In this document: in pieces, positions 24,340 through 35,060 of the stretch
Position numbering within the stretch: position 1 is the stretch's first letter
Layout: each line of letters starts with the position of its first letter
Translations under genes and position numbers: made by a program
DNA from: Raillietiella orientalis
Lineage: Eukaryota
Assembly: GCA_036172245.1 (NCBI GenBank)
Contig: JAYWIR010000040.1
Location: 1,240,001-1,304,000, forward strand
DNA: 64,000 nucleotides
Reading direction: 5' to 3'
The notes under the pieces: generated by a model
What the model was told of the DNA's origin: nothing
The model's database searches: none
What the model saw: only the letters and a program-made list of their open reading frames with translations

Positions 24340-24690
24340 GGAGAGTGTAAAAATTGGATAAAGTAAGGCAGATAAGTCCAGCAGATACATGTGGACCGTG
24401 GAAGGAGAGGGAATAATTTTTTTTCAAGAGAGTGTGATGTGTCGGTTAATGAGATACTGATCTTAAATGGTATTAAATAGAGGCACCTCTATGGCGTAGG
24501 GTAAGACAAGATTGGGTGGGGGTCAGGAAACTCTAAAATTGTGGATTGACTCAGTGTAGAATGGAAGAAAAAGGAGAATGATAAAAATTCCTGAGATAAT
24601 AAATGTGATTATTGCAAATTTACATGTTATTTTTATTGGGAGGATCCCGGTAAATGAGGATTCTCGCTTTATGTAAAATATTGTACGAGG
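24340..24690 (-). pseudogene. cox3: Cytochrome c oxidase subunit 3 fragment (NUMT), internally deleted
   Basis: RESSFTG, then W(TGA)PP...VPLFNT, then FHGPHV, in COX3 order. The PLxNT-to-FHG spacing is much shorter than in intact COX3. Confidence 0.8.
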
Positions 24691-24704
24691 GGGAGAGTAA
24701 ACCC

Positions 24705-24910
24705 TGAGTGTGCCAGGTGCAGGGAGCGGCAGTCCTTTCCTCACCTGAGTTGAGGCAGTCTCCCCTCCGGCTCCTCTGGGAACATTTCGGAACGACCCTC
24801 GGGATCGCGGTCGGCAGCCCTCCCAGAGACGTTTTTCGGCTTCTCTTTGTGAAGGATGCCTGCAGACATCGCAGCCCTAGCAGCACTTTGCTGCCTGTGA
24901 GGGATCTTGC
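24705..24910 (+). mobile_element. Family B Zn-finger region fragment
   Basis: CARC...PHL...LRLLWEH...GSPPRDVFRLLFV. Confidence 0.75.
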
Positions 24911-25336
24911 CTTTGACCTTAACGCGTCGTTGGCGCTAAGGGCTCGAGCTAAGGGTGTACAGGTTGGTGATGACCAGGTCGATGGAGTCGGACCACCTGA
25001 GAGGCACCATCGAACCGCACACCCTTTGTCGCGGCCTCGACTGCTGGCCGAAGCAGGAAGGTGACGCCGCAAGATTTGCCGTCTGACCGATGACAGGGTC
25101 CTGAATGTGGCAATGCAGCACCACAGGAGGCTGGGACTCGTAGCAGCATCAGCTGCTCCGCCTCCTGCTGGAGCTGACGGTCGGAAATGCGTATGTCCGT
25201 GGGCACGAAATGCACTTTCGCAGCTTCTTCATCTTGCAAGCTCGGAAGCTGAAGACATCCGAGACCGCTGCGATTGTCGAGTGGATTCTTGGAAGACTTA
25301 GCATTAACGACCCACCGGGCGGGCGTACGCTCACTG

Positions 25337-25605
25337 CCCGCCCATAACCTCGGCAAGCTGGGCGACACGAGGCTTCTGGTGTTCTTCGATAACGAGAGCG
25401 GTCTGCTGCATGGGTACAGGCTCCTGGGCAAGTACGAGTCCTACCACTCGTTGGACTGCGGAATAAGACGGCTGACGTAGTTAAGAAGCTGCACGCGAGC
25501 GGCATCATCGGCGACCTGATGGAGAAGGCCTCTGCCCACGGAGAAGGAGCGACCTTCCAGGGCTTTCCCCTCCTGCCTCACAAGAACGTGAAGATTCTGA
25601 ATTCT
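25337..25605 (+). pseudogene. fj: four-jointed (Golgi kinase, FJX1 family) C-terminal fragment, frameshifted/deleted
   Basis: PAHNLGKLGDTRLLVFFDNESGLLHGYRLLGKYESYHSL, then after a frameshift TADVVKKLH...PLLPHKNVKIL. This matches my recollection of the Fj C-terminus (PAHNL...LVFLDNESGLLHGYRLL.KYE.YHSL...LP.K.VKIL). Confidence 0.85.
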
Positions 25606-26589
25606 CTCCAGAAAACGAGAGGATCAAGTACTGGGAGTCCTTGTACTCTTCTTCGTGAATCCCACTCATTCCCGGAAGGCAGCGTGATACGTACTATTGT
25701 GATATTTCCCTCGTAGCAATAAAGGAACAAAAAAAAAAGTGGCTTTTATCAATCTATTCTTTTTCCCTCGCCATCCCCCTACAAAAGTTTCCTGTTCCTC
25801 TCGGGTTGAGAAGGTGGTGAGCTGGGGTGATCGGCTTCCATGACGGGAACGAAGCACGCTTTGATGCACTTCTTCTCTGGGCAAGCGGGAGCGCTTTCCA
25901 AGCGCCAGAGAAAGGGGGCTGTGCATCTCTGCTTGGCTCCCATGCTCTTCGCATGCTGAAGGCGCCGATCCTGACGTCGTTCCCGGGTCTGTCCTTTGCA
26001 CGAAACCGCTAGCGCCAGCAGCCACCTCAGGGAACAGGGAACCACTCCAGGGACCCAGGAGGTCGGAGCGCTCCATCGACTCGACCCTCCTTCGCTGCTG
26101 AGAATCGCCTGCCGCACAAGAGCGACGCAGCTGCTGGAGGGATCTCAAGGCACTGACTGAGATGCGCTCCATCCAGCCATACCGTGGCACTGACCGTGGA
26201 ATCCTGGAATCCCTCTCGGCGCTCCCCTTGGATGCATTTCGGCGTCCGGAGCAGGGGGGAGAGCCGGGTTGTCACCAATCAATGACGGTCCGGCGTTATC
26301 CAGGAGCGCGCAGCTTCCGGAATCTTCCGAGCTGATCCTCGAGAATGAGAACAGTGGAAAGCCAGTGCGACAGTGGAAAGGTTTCGTCGTTGCCATGTGG
26401 CGTCTAGACTCAGGCCATTTCACGGCTCTTGGTCAGCTCTTCTGGAGAAGGTTACCACTGTATCAAATCTGTGGGTCATTCGGTTTCCTCAGCCATACCA
26501 CCAGGGCATATTAAGGATGAAAAACCGATCGCCTCCTTAGGGGGGGCTCACGAAACTCTTCCAGCACTGTCCACACAACCCCAGGGCGA

Positions 26590-27060
26590 ATGTGCTCAGG
26601 GGGGCAACCCCGGAGGAATCCAGGAAGGCTCTGGAAGAAGAAGGAGTCCGTTCCTTTCCACTTCATCCGAGGGGAAGGAAATCCGAAGGGAACCCCCGCC
26701 TCATTCTCTCGAAGGGAACCCGGAATTTCCTGGAATTTCTTGTTCGGAGGGAGCCCGCAAGGGATCCGCTCCTTATTTTTTCTTCTGGAGAGAGCCCCCA
26801 AGGAACGCTTCGGAATTTCTATGAAGCACGCTCCCTGATGGGAAAAGCGCGCTTCTTGCACAGGAGAGGTGACCCCCAGAGGAGGGAATCGAGGAGCTCC
26901 ATTGTATGCGCGATGGAGGGCGGTTCCATTTTCAAAGTCGCAGGGGAACCTCGAAGCACCTCCCGAGCGGGATTTCGGATTGGGATTCTTGCTCCAGGAA
27001 GGTGCTCCAGAGATCGGGAAGGAGCGCAGGAGAAGCTTCGACGAGCCTTCCACGATGGGC
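26590..27060 (+). repeat. Family D copy 2
   Basis: GAATCCAGGAAGG, GAAGGGAACCCGG, GGATCCGCTCCT and GCGCGCTTCTTGCAC are shared with the other copies. Confidence 0.75.
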
Positions 27061-27844
27061 GAAATAATAAATAAGGACACCCCAGAGTAAGAGTAGTCTT
27101 TTAGCTCATCTCACAGCAGAAGAGCAAGACAAGTCCTAACAATTTTCAGAATCACTCCTACGCGTGTGATTTTGAAAATTGTAAAAGCATGGAATACAAC
27201 CCGACTACAACATGACCCCTTTATTGTCAACCTCGCACAGATTGACGGAGGGGTCGAGATGGGTATAACCACCGGCAGCGATGTACCACTGCAATTTGCT
27301 CAGAGATGACATGCGATGAGTCGATGCATGATTGCTCAGATGTATATACCTCATCTAAAGCATCATACAGGGTCCAGTTCAGCCATGCTGCTAACTGGTT
27401 TCTAACTACCCACAGTGTGTCAAGAGATTTCGAACCCTTTTCCCTTAACTTGCTATATGCTCGTTTCTCCTACGGTACGATATGTGAAGTTACCGGACGG
27501 AGATTGGTATTTCGTTGCAAATTATACTGAGCCAACGGAAAGTGTAAAATCCAAGATCATGCATCGACCCCTTTGTACAAACTGTACTATTATCGACAAA
27601 AGCATCCTGGTTGGTTTCCCAAAAGAAGACACTAAAGGAGCTGGATACCCTTTAAAGTTGCCAGCATGTATTTCGAAAGGCCAGATACAGAAAGGGTTAT
27701 ATCGTTGGCGCATCAGATGGGACATTACGTATATGCTATATACTCGAGTAAACGTGTATTACTGGAATAGTAGATACTCTTAGTAGTCCCCAGTATTCCC
27801 TCATGCAGTCATTTAGCACCGATAATAGACTGAGATTTAGATCT

Positions 27845-28180
27845 ACCCCTGCAACGCACGCCGGCATCATTATACACAGGTGGGTGGATGGGTGGACCCA
27901 AACTAGGCAAGGTACGGGGAGCGGGAATCCCTCCTGAACCTGCTGGTGGACTGTATTGCCCTCTGACCCCTTTGGGGACGCTTTACGGCGTGTCAACGAC
28001 AGAGGCGCCATAATCTCCGCTCTCAAGCTTTTTGCGGACAATAACATGAAACAAGACCTGGCTGATATCCTCCAAAGGATGCAGAGGACCACTCCCTCCT
28101 GCTGTCTTGGTGCTCCTCACCTGCCTGCAAACCGGTAACACGACCACAGGTCCGGTCACAACAATTGGTCACAACGGTAT
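27845..28180 (+). mobile_element. Family B 3' fragment with an internal deletion
   Basis: GGTGGGTGGATGGGTGGACCCAAACTAGGCAAGGT and ATAACATGAAACAAGACCT are nearly identical to 54988-55370. Confidence 0.85.
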
Positions 28181-29439
28181 TCAAAGCAGCGACTCTTGCC
28201 CCCCACACTCGGCTCGAAGGCCGAAGCCACACGACACCAACGGTTCTCGAATGTCCGAATTCCAATTCCATTCCAAGCAGGGAAGAAGCCAGAATCTGCT
28301 GTACTGGAGAAAAGAATATTCGTGGATGCCGTCAAGAACCAATTAAAAATTGATGGTTGCAGAAAGAATTCCACCAAACTGACTACCGAATGCACTGTTT
28401 CTGACAGACTGTCAGAAAACTTCATACGATGAACGCTGAAAGAAATCCTTCCCAGAGTTCTAAGGATGAGACTCTGGAAGAGACTCTGGAAGATAAGTCC
28501 CCTGGTGATCAGCGACGGAAGATGCAAACCACAGTCCTCGTTCAACAACGGGACTGTACTCCTCTTTCGTGACAATGCCTATTCCTCTGGACCCCTCCTC
28601 CGGGAGTGTCCCACCTACGTAGCAAATCTCAGAGATCGAAGCTGCTCGGGGGCAGAAGACGGCAGGGTTGCGGAGCCCCGCTTAGCAGGAACGGAGTCCA
28701 GCAACACTGGGAAACGGGACTCCAGAAGGTGAAAGAAATGTGAAGAAACGGCGTGAAGAGCGAACGACTCTTCGCACGTCGGCCGTGGTTCTCGACCGTC
28801 AATGCGCCGTGCTTCCCGCGCAAATTCCTGAGGCCAGGTACCTCTTTCTCCCTCCTAACGTTCGTTCTTAGAAAGAACACAGAAAGCGAATCAGGGTCGG
28901 CAACGCCGATATGCAAGGTTCGCGAGACCAGGATGCAAGCATAGTATAGGACTAGAGCCAGTTGACACTACACAAGGTTAAACCAGCACAGATGGACCTA
29001 AGGAAACGGTGCATCTGCTCCAGAGAACACCAGATCGGAATTCGTCAGTTGATGATCACCTGGAAGACGCAGCCGAACTTGTCCAGCCCGGACTGGTGTG
29101 GAGAAGTATTACAAGAGCATCAATCAGTCATGGGTGCAGAACACGTGGTTCACGATGGCAGTACCAACCCTGAAGGGTATGCTGATACAAATCATTGATC
29201 TGTGCTGATCTGGTGCTTCCCCAAAGAAAGCATGTACTCGGTGGAATGGCACCAGATCGCGAATGCGGGCGAAGCTTGGGAAGAGGCAACGTGCCTCTCT
29301 TAAGCTTCCTGGGCCGCACGAAGAGCCCAGGGAAGAATCGAGCGTGAGGATGACCCACGGAGCAAGCTGATGTCCGACGACCCAGTGTAGCCGTGTTTGA
29401 GCCTGCACCGCGCCATCCAGTCATCTACTCCCTCCGGTG

Positions 29440-29695
29440 CCTACACACCTACTTATACATCCTCACGATTGTGTCGGTACGCCTGCTGCTCTTCCCCATG
29501 TCCACCTCGGCGTCGGAGGTCCTAGCTGCTGCGCCGCGGGACAGCACTGGAGGTGAACAGAGCGAGGTCGTCCGTGGTAGCAGTTGGTTCGGAAGGCAGG
29601 ACTGGTTCCCACGGTGCGGTACTTCAACTACCTCGGTGTGCCGTTGGGGGAGTATTCTCTGGCGAAGGCGTGGTCCCCGGCGCACCCGGGTGTGA
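29440..29695 (+). mobile_element. Family B RT C-terminal fragment
   Basis: LEVNRARSSVVAVG and RYFNYLGVPLGEYS match GLEVSRAKSPVVEVG and KYPGVPFGEFS at 40925-41050. Confidence 0.65.
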
Positions 29696-31511
29696 ACTGC
29701 CAGCTCCCAAAATACTACTGCAGGTTCCATCGAACACGAAATGTACTCCGTACATTTTGTACATTTTCATTCTTAAACAACACTTCTGATTGCTCCATTC
29801 CGAACAGAAACTCAGACAAGACCGCTTCGTAGTGCCATCTGCTGTTGGATGCACGAGTTAGTGATTCAGTAATGCAATTTCGGAGTTGGAATGAGGATAT
29901 ACTGATCGCGAATACCAATTACTTGATCTACTTTGTACCACTGATTTCAGGAGTGGAGGAGGACGCCATATTTTATTGATAAGTTTTTTATCTAACGTTA
30001 CTATGGTGATCCTCTAGCAGGATGTAAAGAAACGAGACAACGAGGTTCCGGATTCCTAGTATTACGGAATCTGTTGCATAAAGTTTTCATGACAGGAGGG
30101 AGCATGAGATGGAAGCATGGAATCAGTAATAAATGCCAGTGCACACAACCTTGTAAATGTGTGGTCGTAATCGTAAAATTATTCAGGAATAGGTAGATTT
30201 TGATCCTGAGGAATTCTATAAGAATTTCATGCCAAGGTGTGTATACCAATCACTCAGGAGCCATGACAACTGGGTCCCAACTGGGCCCAACTGGACCAGC
30301 AACTCAGCAACCTGAATCCATGAGGTTACGTACCAAAATGAAATGATCGGATTGTGGGATCGGATTTTTTAATATTTTCCCCCAAGAAAAAATTACTCCA
30401 CCACCCTATCGCAAACGGAAGCAACTCATCTTTCCTTTGACCACCATCAGTCTTTGGTCCTTAGTACCGAAGGCAGTGAAAATTAGTGTTCTTTGGAGAA
30501 GATCAATGGCATTGTGTACCAATGAGGGTAAGATTGGAATAAAAGAGGCGCTCTACGCGCTTCTGACATTCCAAAGAGTATGTATGAATTTATTAATCAA
30601 TAAAGAATGCTCACCGTACGGTGCCTACTGTGCGAGCCTACTGGCGTAATAAGCACCAACTCTAGTGAATACGAGAAATTACCGCTTATATAGGTTGATC
30701 ACACCTTCATGGAAGATGCGCACCCAGAGCTAAAAAGGGGGAGAATGGATGTAGATACTGAAGCTGGTGCTTCAAGTGCCACAACATTTGTCCCTCCGGT
30801 CTCTCATGTAACATCGTATGCTGCTCCTAAAGCGCAGTATAGTAGCTAGTGAATTGCGCCGAACGAATTGCGCGGCAAATCGTAGGTCCCATCCCGATAG
30901 GGATTCCCGAGGAACTCCTTACTGGGCCAATGCAATGCCGTTCTTCGCTTATGTGTATGAAACGCTAGTTGGAAATAATCAACCGGGACAAGTTTTTACT
31001 TTACTCGCCAGAAGATTATATTTGTGCCGTTTACAAACGGTGTATCAAAAGTATATAGCGCGTTCCCAATCGGATTCCCTTCATGTCCGATTACCCTATG
31101 CCTATGTGTATGTCCATCGTGATAAACACCTTTGGAGTAGTTAACATGAACCCGAGACTAGAAGCCCCAATGGCAGAAGATACACCCAAGAACAAGGATA
31201 TCAAAGATTTCGCACTCTTAGAGCGTCGTGGAAATGGATCGTGGAATGGGATGTGCTCCAGTTTTACCATCCGCCGAGTCTCAACCAGAAAGGACTCCGT
31301 ACAATCAGTAAGTAAGAAGTTTGCTGATTTATCAGAAGAGGGAACATCATTGCAGGCCATAATGGGCCTATTAACAATGAGAACCCAATCTTAGTATCTC
31401 AGTATCCTGCAGACCGATGCACATTGGGAAGAAAATGAGATGCGGAACGCGATGCCTGCGGAGTCCGAGAGATGAGCGTGCAACGAGAAGCAGACGTACA
31501 ATAAAGAAATA

Positions 31512-31680
31512 AGAAGGAGCAGAAGGCGACCTAGGAAATTCGGTCCCGGCTAGTAACAGCTATTAAAGCGCCATCATAACAGCTCTCATTGACCGCAGCA
31601 AACGCCTCCATCGGGAGGGCAGCCTGACAATGGGGAACCGAGGAGCAGAATGCTCTGCAATCCCAAGGTCTCCACCTGGA
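31512..31680 (+). repeat. Family C interspersed repeat, copy 1 (possibly part of a decayed LINE ORF1 spanning ~30700-32450)
   Basis: GAAGGAGCAGAAGGCGACCTAGGAAAT and CCATCGGGAGGGCAGCCTGACA recur at 34807-35060. Confidence 0.7.
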
Positions 31681-33125
31681 GCAGCACCGATTCCAAACCA
31701 TACACGTGAAGCGGTTGCTCCACATGGGAGCCCTCCACCTCAAACCATTCTGAGGGCAGGCCACAGACCGTCAGAGGTGTGGATCACTTCTGTATTGCCC
31801 TCAAAGCCCTCAATTGGACAAGGAAGCACAGAGTGCGCGGATTGTCCACAATCAGCAGAAGGAACGAGAAAGGTCGAGAATGCATACCTTCAAAGAGTTT
31901 CACCCATAGGAACAGAGGTGGTGCAGGAATGTCTGCAAAAGCAGCTCCCAAGTATGAGTCCCGCGGTGGACCCTGAGCAAAGAAAAAGACTCAAGAAAGA
32001 ACAAGAAAGCAAACAAACAACGGACTCTTAAATCCAATCTCGGGCTTCAAAGGAGGAGGAAAATTTGTTCTTGAAAAATCTTCTCGTGCGGCTGACGTCC
32101 GAGGATCCTCGAATGAACATGACGACGACGTACATAACAATGTCGTGGCTGTATGAACAACCTTGAATGAAGGTACACGCTGAGGTACACGGCATAAGTG
32201 ATGTGATGATCCTTCTGCAGATTGCTGCAGTTCACAGAATTATAGAGTGTTCCCCACCAAATCTGACCCCTACTCTGGATTTGGGAATGCCATCATTCCC
32301 ACACTCTCATGGCAATAAAAATTACACCGGCATAGAACGGAAACTCAGTAGAACAGAAACTCAAACCGGGCATCCCGTCGGCAAAAGCCAATGAGATGTT
32401 AGATCAAGAAAATCAAACTACCTCAAAGGGTCCCGCCCCAAGGATGCTAGTGCCACCTGCTGGGAATTCTTAGTAAAGACTTGACAAAGACTCTGGTGCA
32501 GGACAATTGGCATTCTCCTCCTCTAAAGTGGTAGGAGTAAGCCTTGCTGGTGCTGCGTTGGAGAACCCCATGCAAAGTGCGCCTTCACCACTGGTCCTGA
32601 CTAGTGGTGGGTGCGGATGAAGTGCGGGGAGAAGCGGCCCTTTAGCACCTGATGCTCGACTGGTCCCTGTGGGAGCGTCGTGGAAGCGGCCTCTACGTGC
32701 GAGACGTGCCGGGTGCTCAGCAACAGCTGCTGACCCACTGCGGGGAATCATGGCTGCTGAGAACGTTGCGAGAGAGACCAGACCGACAGGGGTGCCATCC
32801 GCCGGCGGATAATATCTTTTGTGGGGATCACCACGCAGACAGATGTTGACAATTAAACAAAATCGAATTGCTATTATGAGATAGGATGATTGGAGGAGCC
32901 AGAGGTCTTCCTACTAGTATGGATGCCGAGCCCTGCTGAGAAATGTCTTAAACGCTAATGTATAGGCTCCGGAAATCCAATTCTCCGCGTGAAAAAGGAT
33001 TTTCCGGTACTCGAAGATCAGGAGATTCAGAAAACTGTACCACGTACGGTCCTGGAGCAAGGGAAGTGATAAAATCGGAAAGAGTGGTACATGGTAGGAG
33101 CAGCTGATAGGAAAGGCAGGTCGAA

Positions 33126-33165
33126 ACTGCCCTTCTATGCATTATACTGCCCTTCTATGCATTAT
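33126..33165 (+). repeat. Perfect 20-bp tandem duplication
   Basis: ACTGCCCTTCTATGCATTAT occurs twice in tandem. Confidence 0.95.
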
Positions 33166-34738
33166 ACCATAAGATCAGGAGCTATGCTGGAGGAATTGTA
33201 GTTAGCGGCTGTCGAAGACGACGTGGGATCCGAGAACGCGGATTCCACGCAGAAAACTGCCCTCGATCGATGCTTCATTGAGCTTCTCTTTCGGGCAACA
33301 GGGTGACCAATGGAGATGAGAACCATGAGAGTAGCAGTCCTCGATACAGATTTGCTGCTGTCCACTCAGAATCGCCTACCTTCAAACAAAAACTCATTGG
33401 CGCAATTCACTACGTATGGCACCTGTAAAATTTGTTGTCAATGGAACGGAAGGTTCATTTTCCATGTGGTGCAGAAATATAAGATCACCGTGCTCGAGAA
33501 GCTTCGGTAGACAGGAACCGAGAGAGACGTTGCCACTGCAGCGACAGCACAACCGAACGATATCAGCAAAACGTTGATCTTGATATGCTGGGGTCCATGC
33601 ACAGGTAGCAAAGGACAATGAAAGCGACGAAAATACGGTGCCTGTGCACTACCACGTCGGCAAGGACCACACAGCTTAGGCACCCGGGGGTGCATCGTAG
33701 GACGACATTACGAGTTGTCCGTGATCGCCAAGACGATCCCACTTTTCGACCCAGAACTCTTTTGCACGCTTCTGCTTAGCACTTTGGGAAATTTCCATCA
33801 CGTGTGTCGCTTCGAGAAGAGCACCTGGGTCAAGGTCGTCGAATAAAGGGACAGGAGAGAAGCTGTCGCGGCAATGCCTCTCTTAGCAACTTAGAAACTG
33901 TCGGATCACGCTCCATCAGAAGATGATCAACTCCTTTCGGAAACACTCGAGATGGCAGTCAAAAGGGGGAGTTGTTCTGTTGTTAATGTTCAGCCGCTAA
34001 GCAGAAATTGTGATGGAAGCAAACACACGACAGAGAAAAATAATGCACCAACTGAGAGTTTCCGGCAGGGCTGAACATGGAAATTTGACGCAAACGGTAA
34101 GCAGTCAATCGTTAAAGACATTAAAATGCTAAATGTGATTTTTGCAGTACGAGGTTACGCTGCTACATATGGTCATGAAACACATGCTACACATGGTCAG
34201 TTACTGATACAACAAGAATACTAAGTTACAGCCTCTTTTCCTGCAAAAATTGTTCAGTGCTATGCTAAAGATTTGGCAATGCACTAGTGGCATTAAATGA
34301 CCTTTATCTGCTGTCTTCGCATCCTGAAGGGTTATTAGATTTGTGTACGTCGTGAAGGAGCAATGAATAAATTGCGAGCGTGCGACGGCTGACACGAATA
34401 CTGGCAGGAAACTGCGTAGCAACTCCCATCTTCGATTTACGGGATAGAGAATTCCACCACACAACCACCGAATGCACCATTTCTGACAATGTTTCATTTT
34501 CACCCTGACAGCCCATTAAGAGTATTAAGATAATTAGCTCAAAGCAATTTAGCTGCAATAGACAAAGAGATTCTGAGGTTCATGGTTCAAAGAGATTCTG
34601 AGCTGAAAATGGAGAGGGATGAACCTTCGTTATTGGGACTTTTATGTAAGAGCCAGACGTTTTCAGGACCTCTACAGGGAGCACACAATGACCAGTATAG
34701 AAATATTCTATTAAAATTGATTATATGTGAAAGTGGCA

Positions 34739-34780
34739 TGAAGAAAGGGGGCATGTCAGAAGATATGCCCCCTTTCTTCA
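34739..34780. repeat. Inverted repeat/hairpin with 16-bp perfect arms
   Basis: TGAAGAAAGGGGGCAT-gtcagaagat-ATGCCCCCTTTCTTCA. Confidence 0.95.
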
Positions 34781-34806
34781 GCATGGCTGCCGGAGCAGAG
34801 AAGTGC

Positions 34807-35060
34807 GAAGGAGCAGAAGGCGACCTAGGAAATACGACCTCTGTCAGTAATAGCTATGAATGGATTAAAAACGCCATCAGTGGAAGCGGCGAACTGTATG
34901 GCAGCTCGGCCAGGAAAGATATCGCAAGTGAAAACCTGAAGACGACCTCAGTAAATAACAGCTGTCAATGACCGCGGAAAACCCTTCCATCGGGAGGGCA
35001 GCCTGACAGTGGGGGGAACCAAGGAACAGAATGCTCTGCAACTCCAAGGTGTCCAGCTAG
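34807..35060 (+). repeat. Family C copy 2
   Basis: Aligns with 31512-31680 and carries an extra internal segment. Confidence 0.7.

Larger units (their letters stand above)
23877..24700 (-). pseudogene. NUMT: nuclear copy of mitochondrial cox3-(tRNA)-nad3, decayed
   Basis: AT-rich island that translates to cox3 and nad3 motifs under the invertebrate mitochondrial code. Confidence 0.88.
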
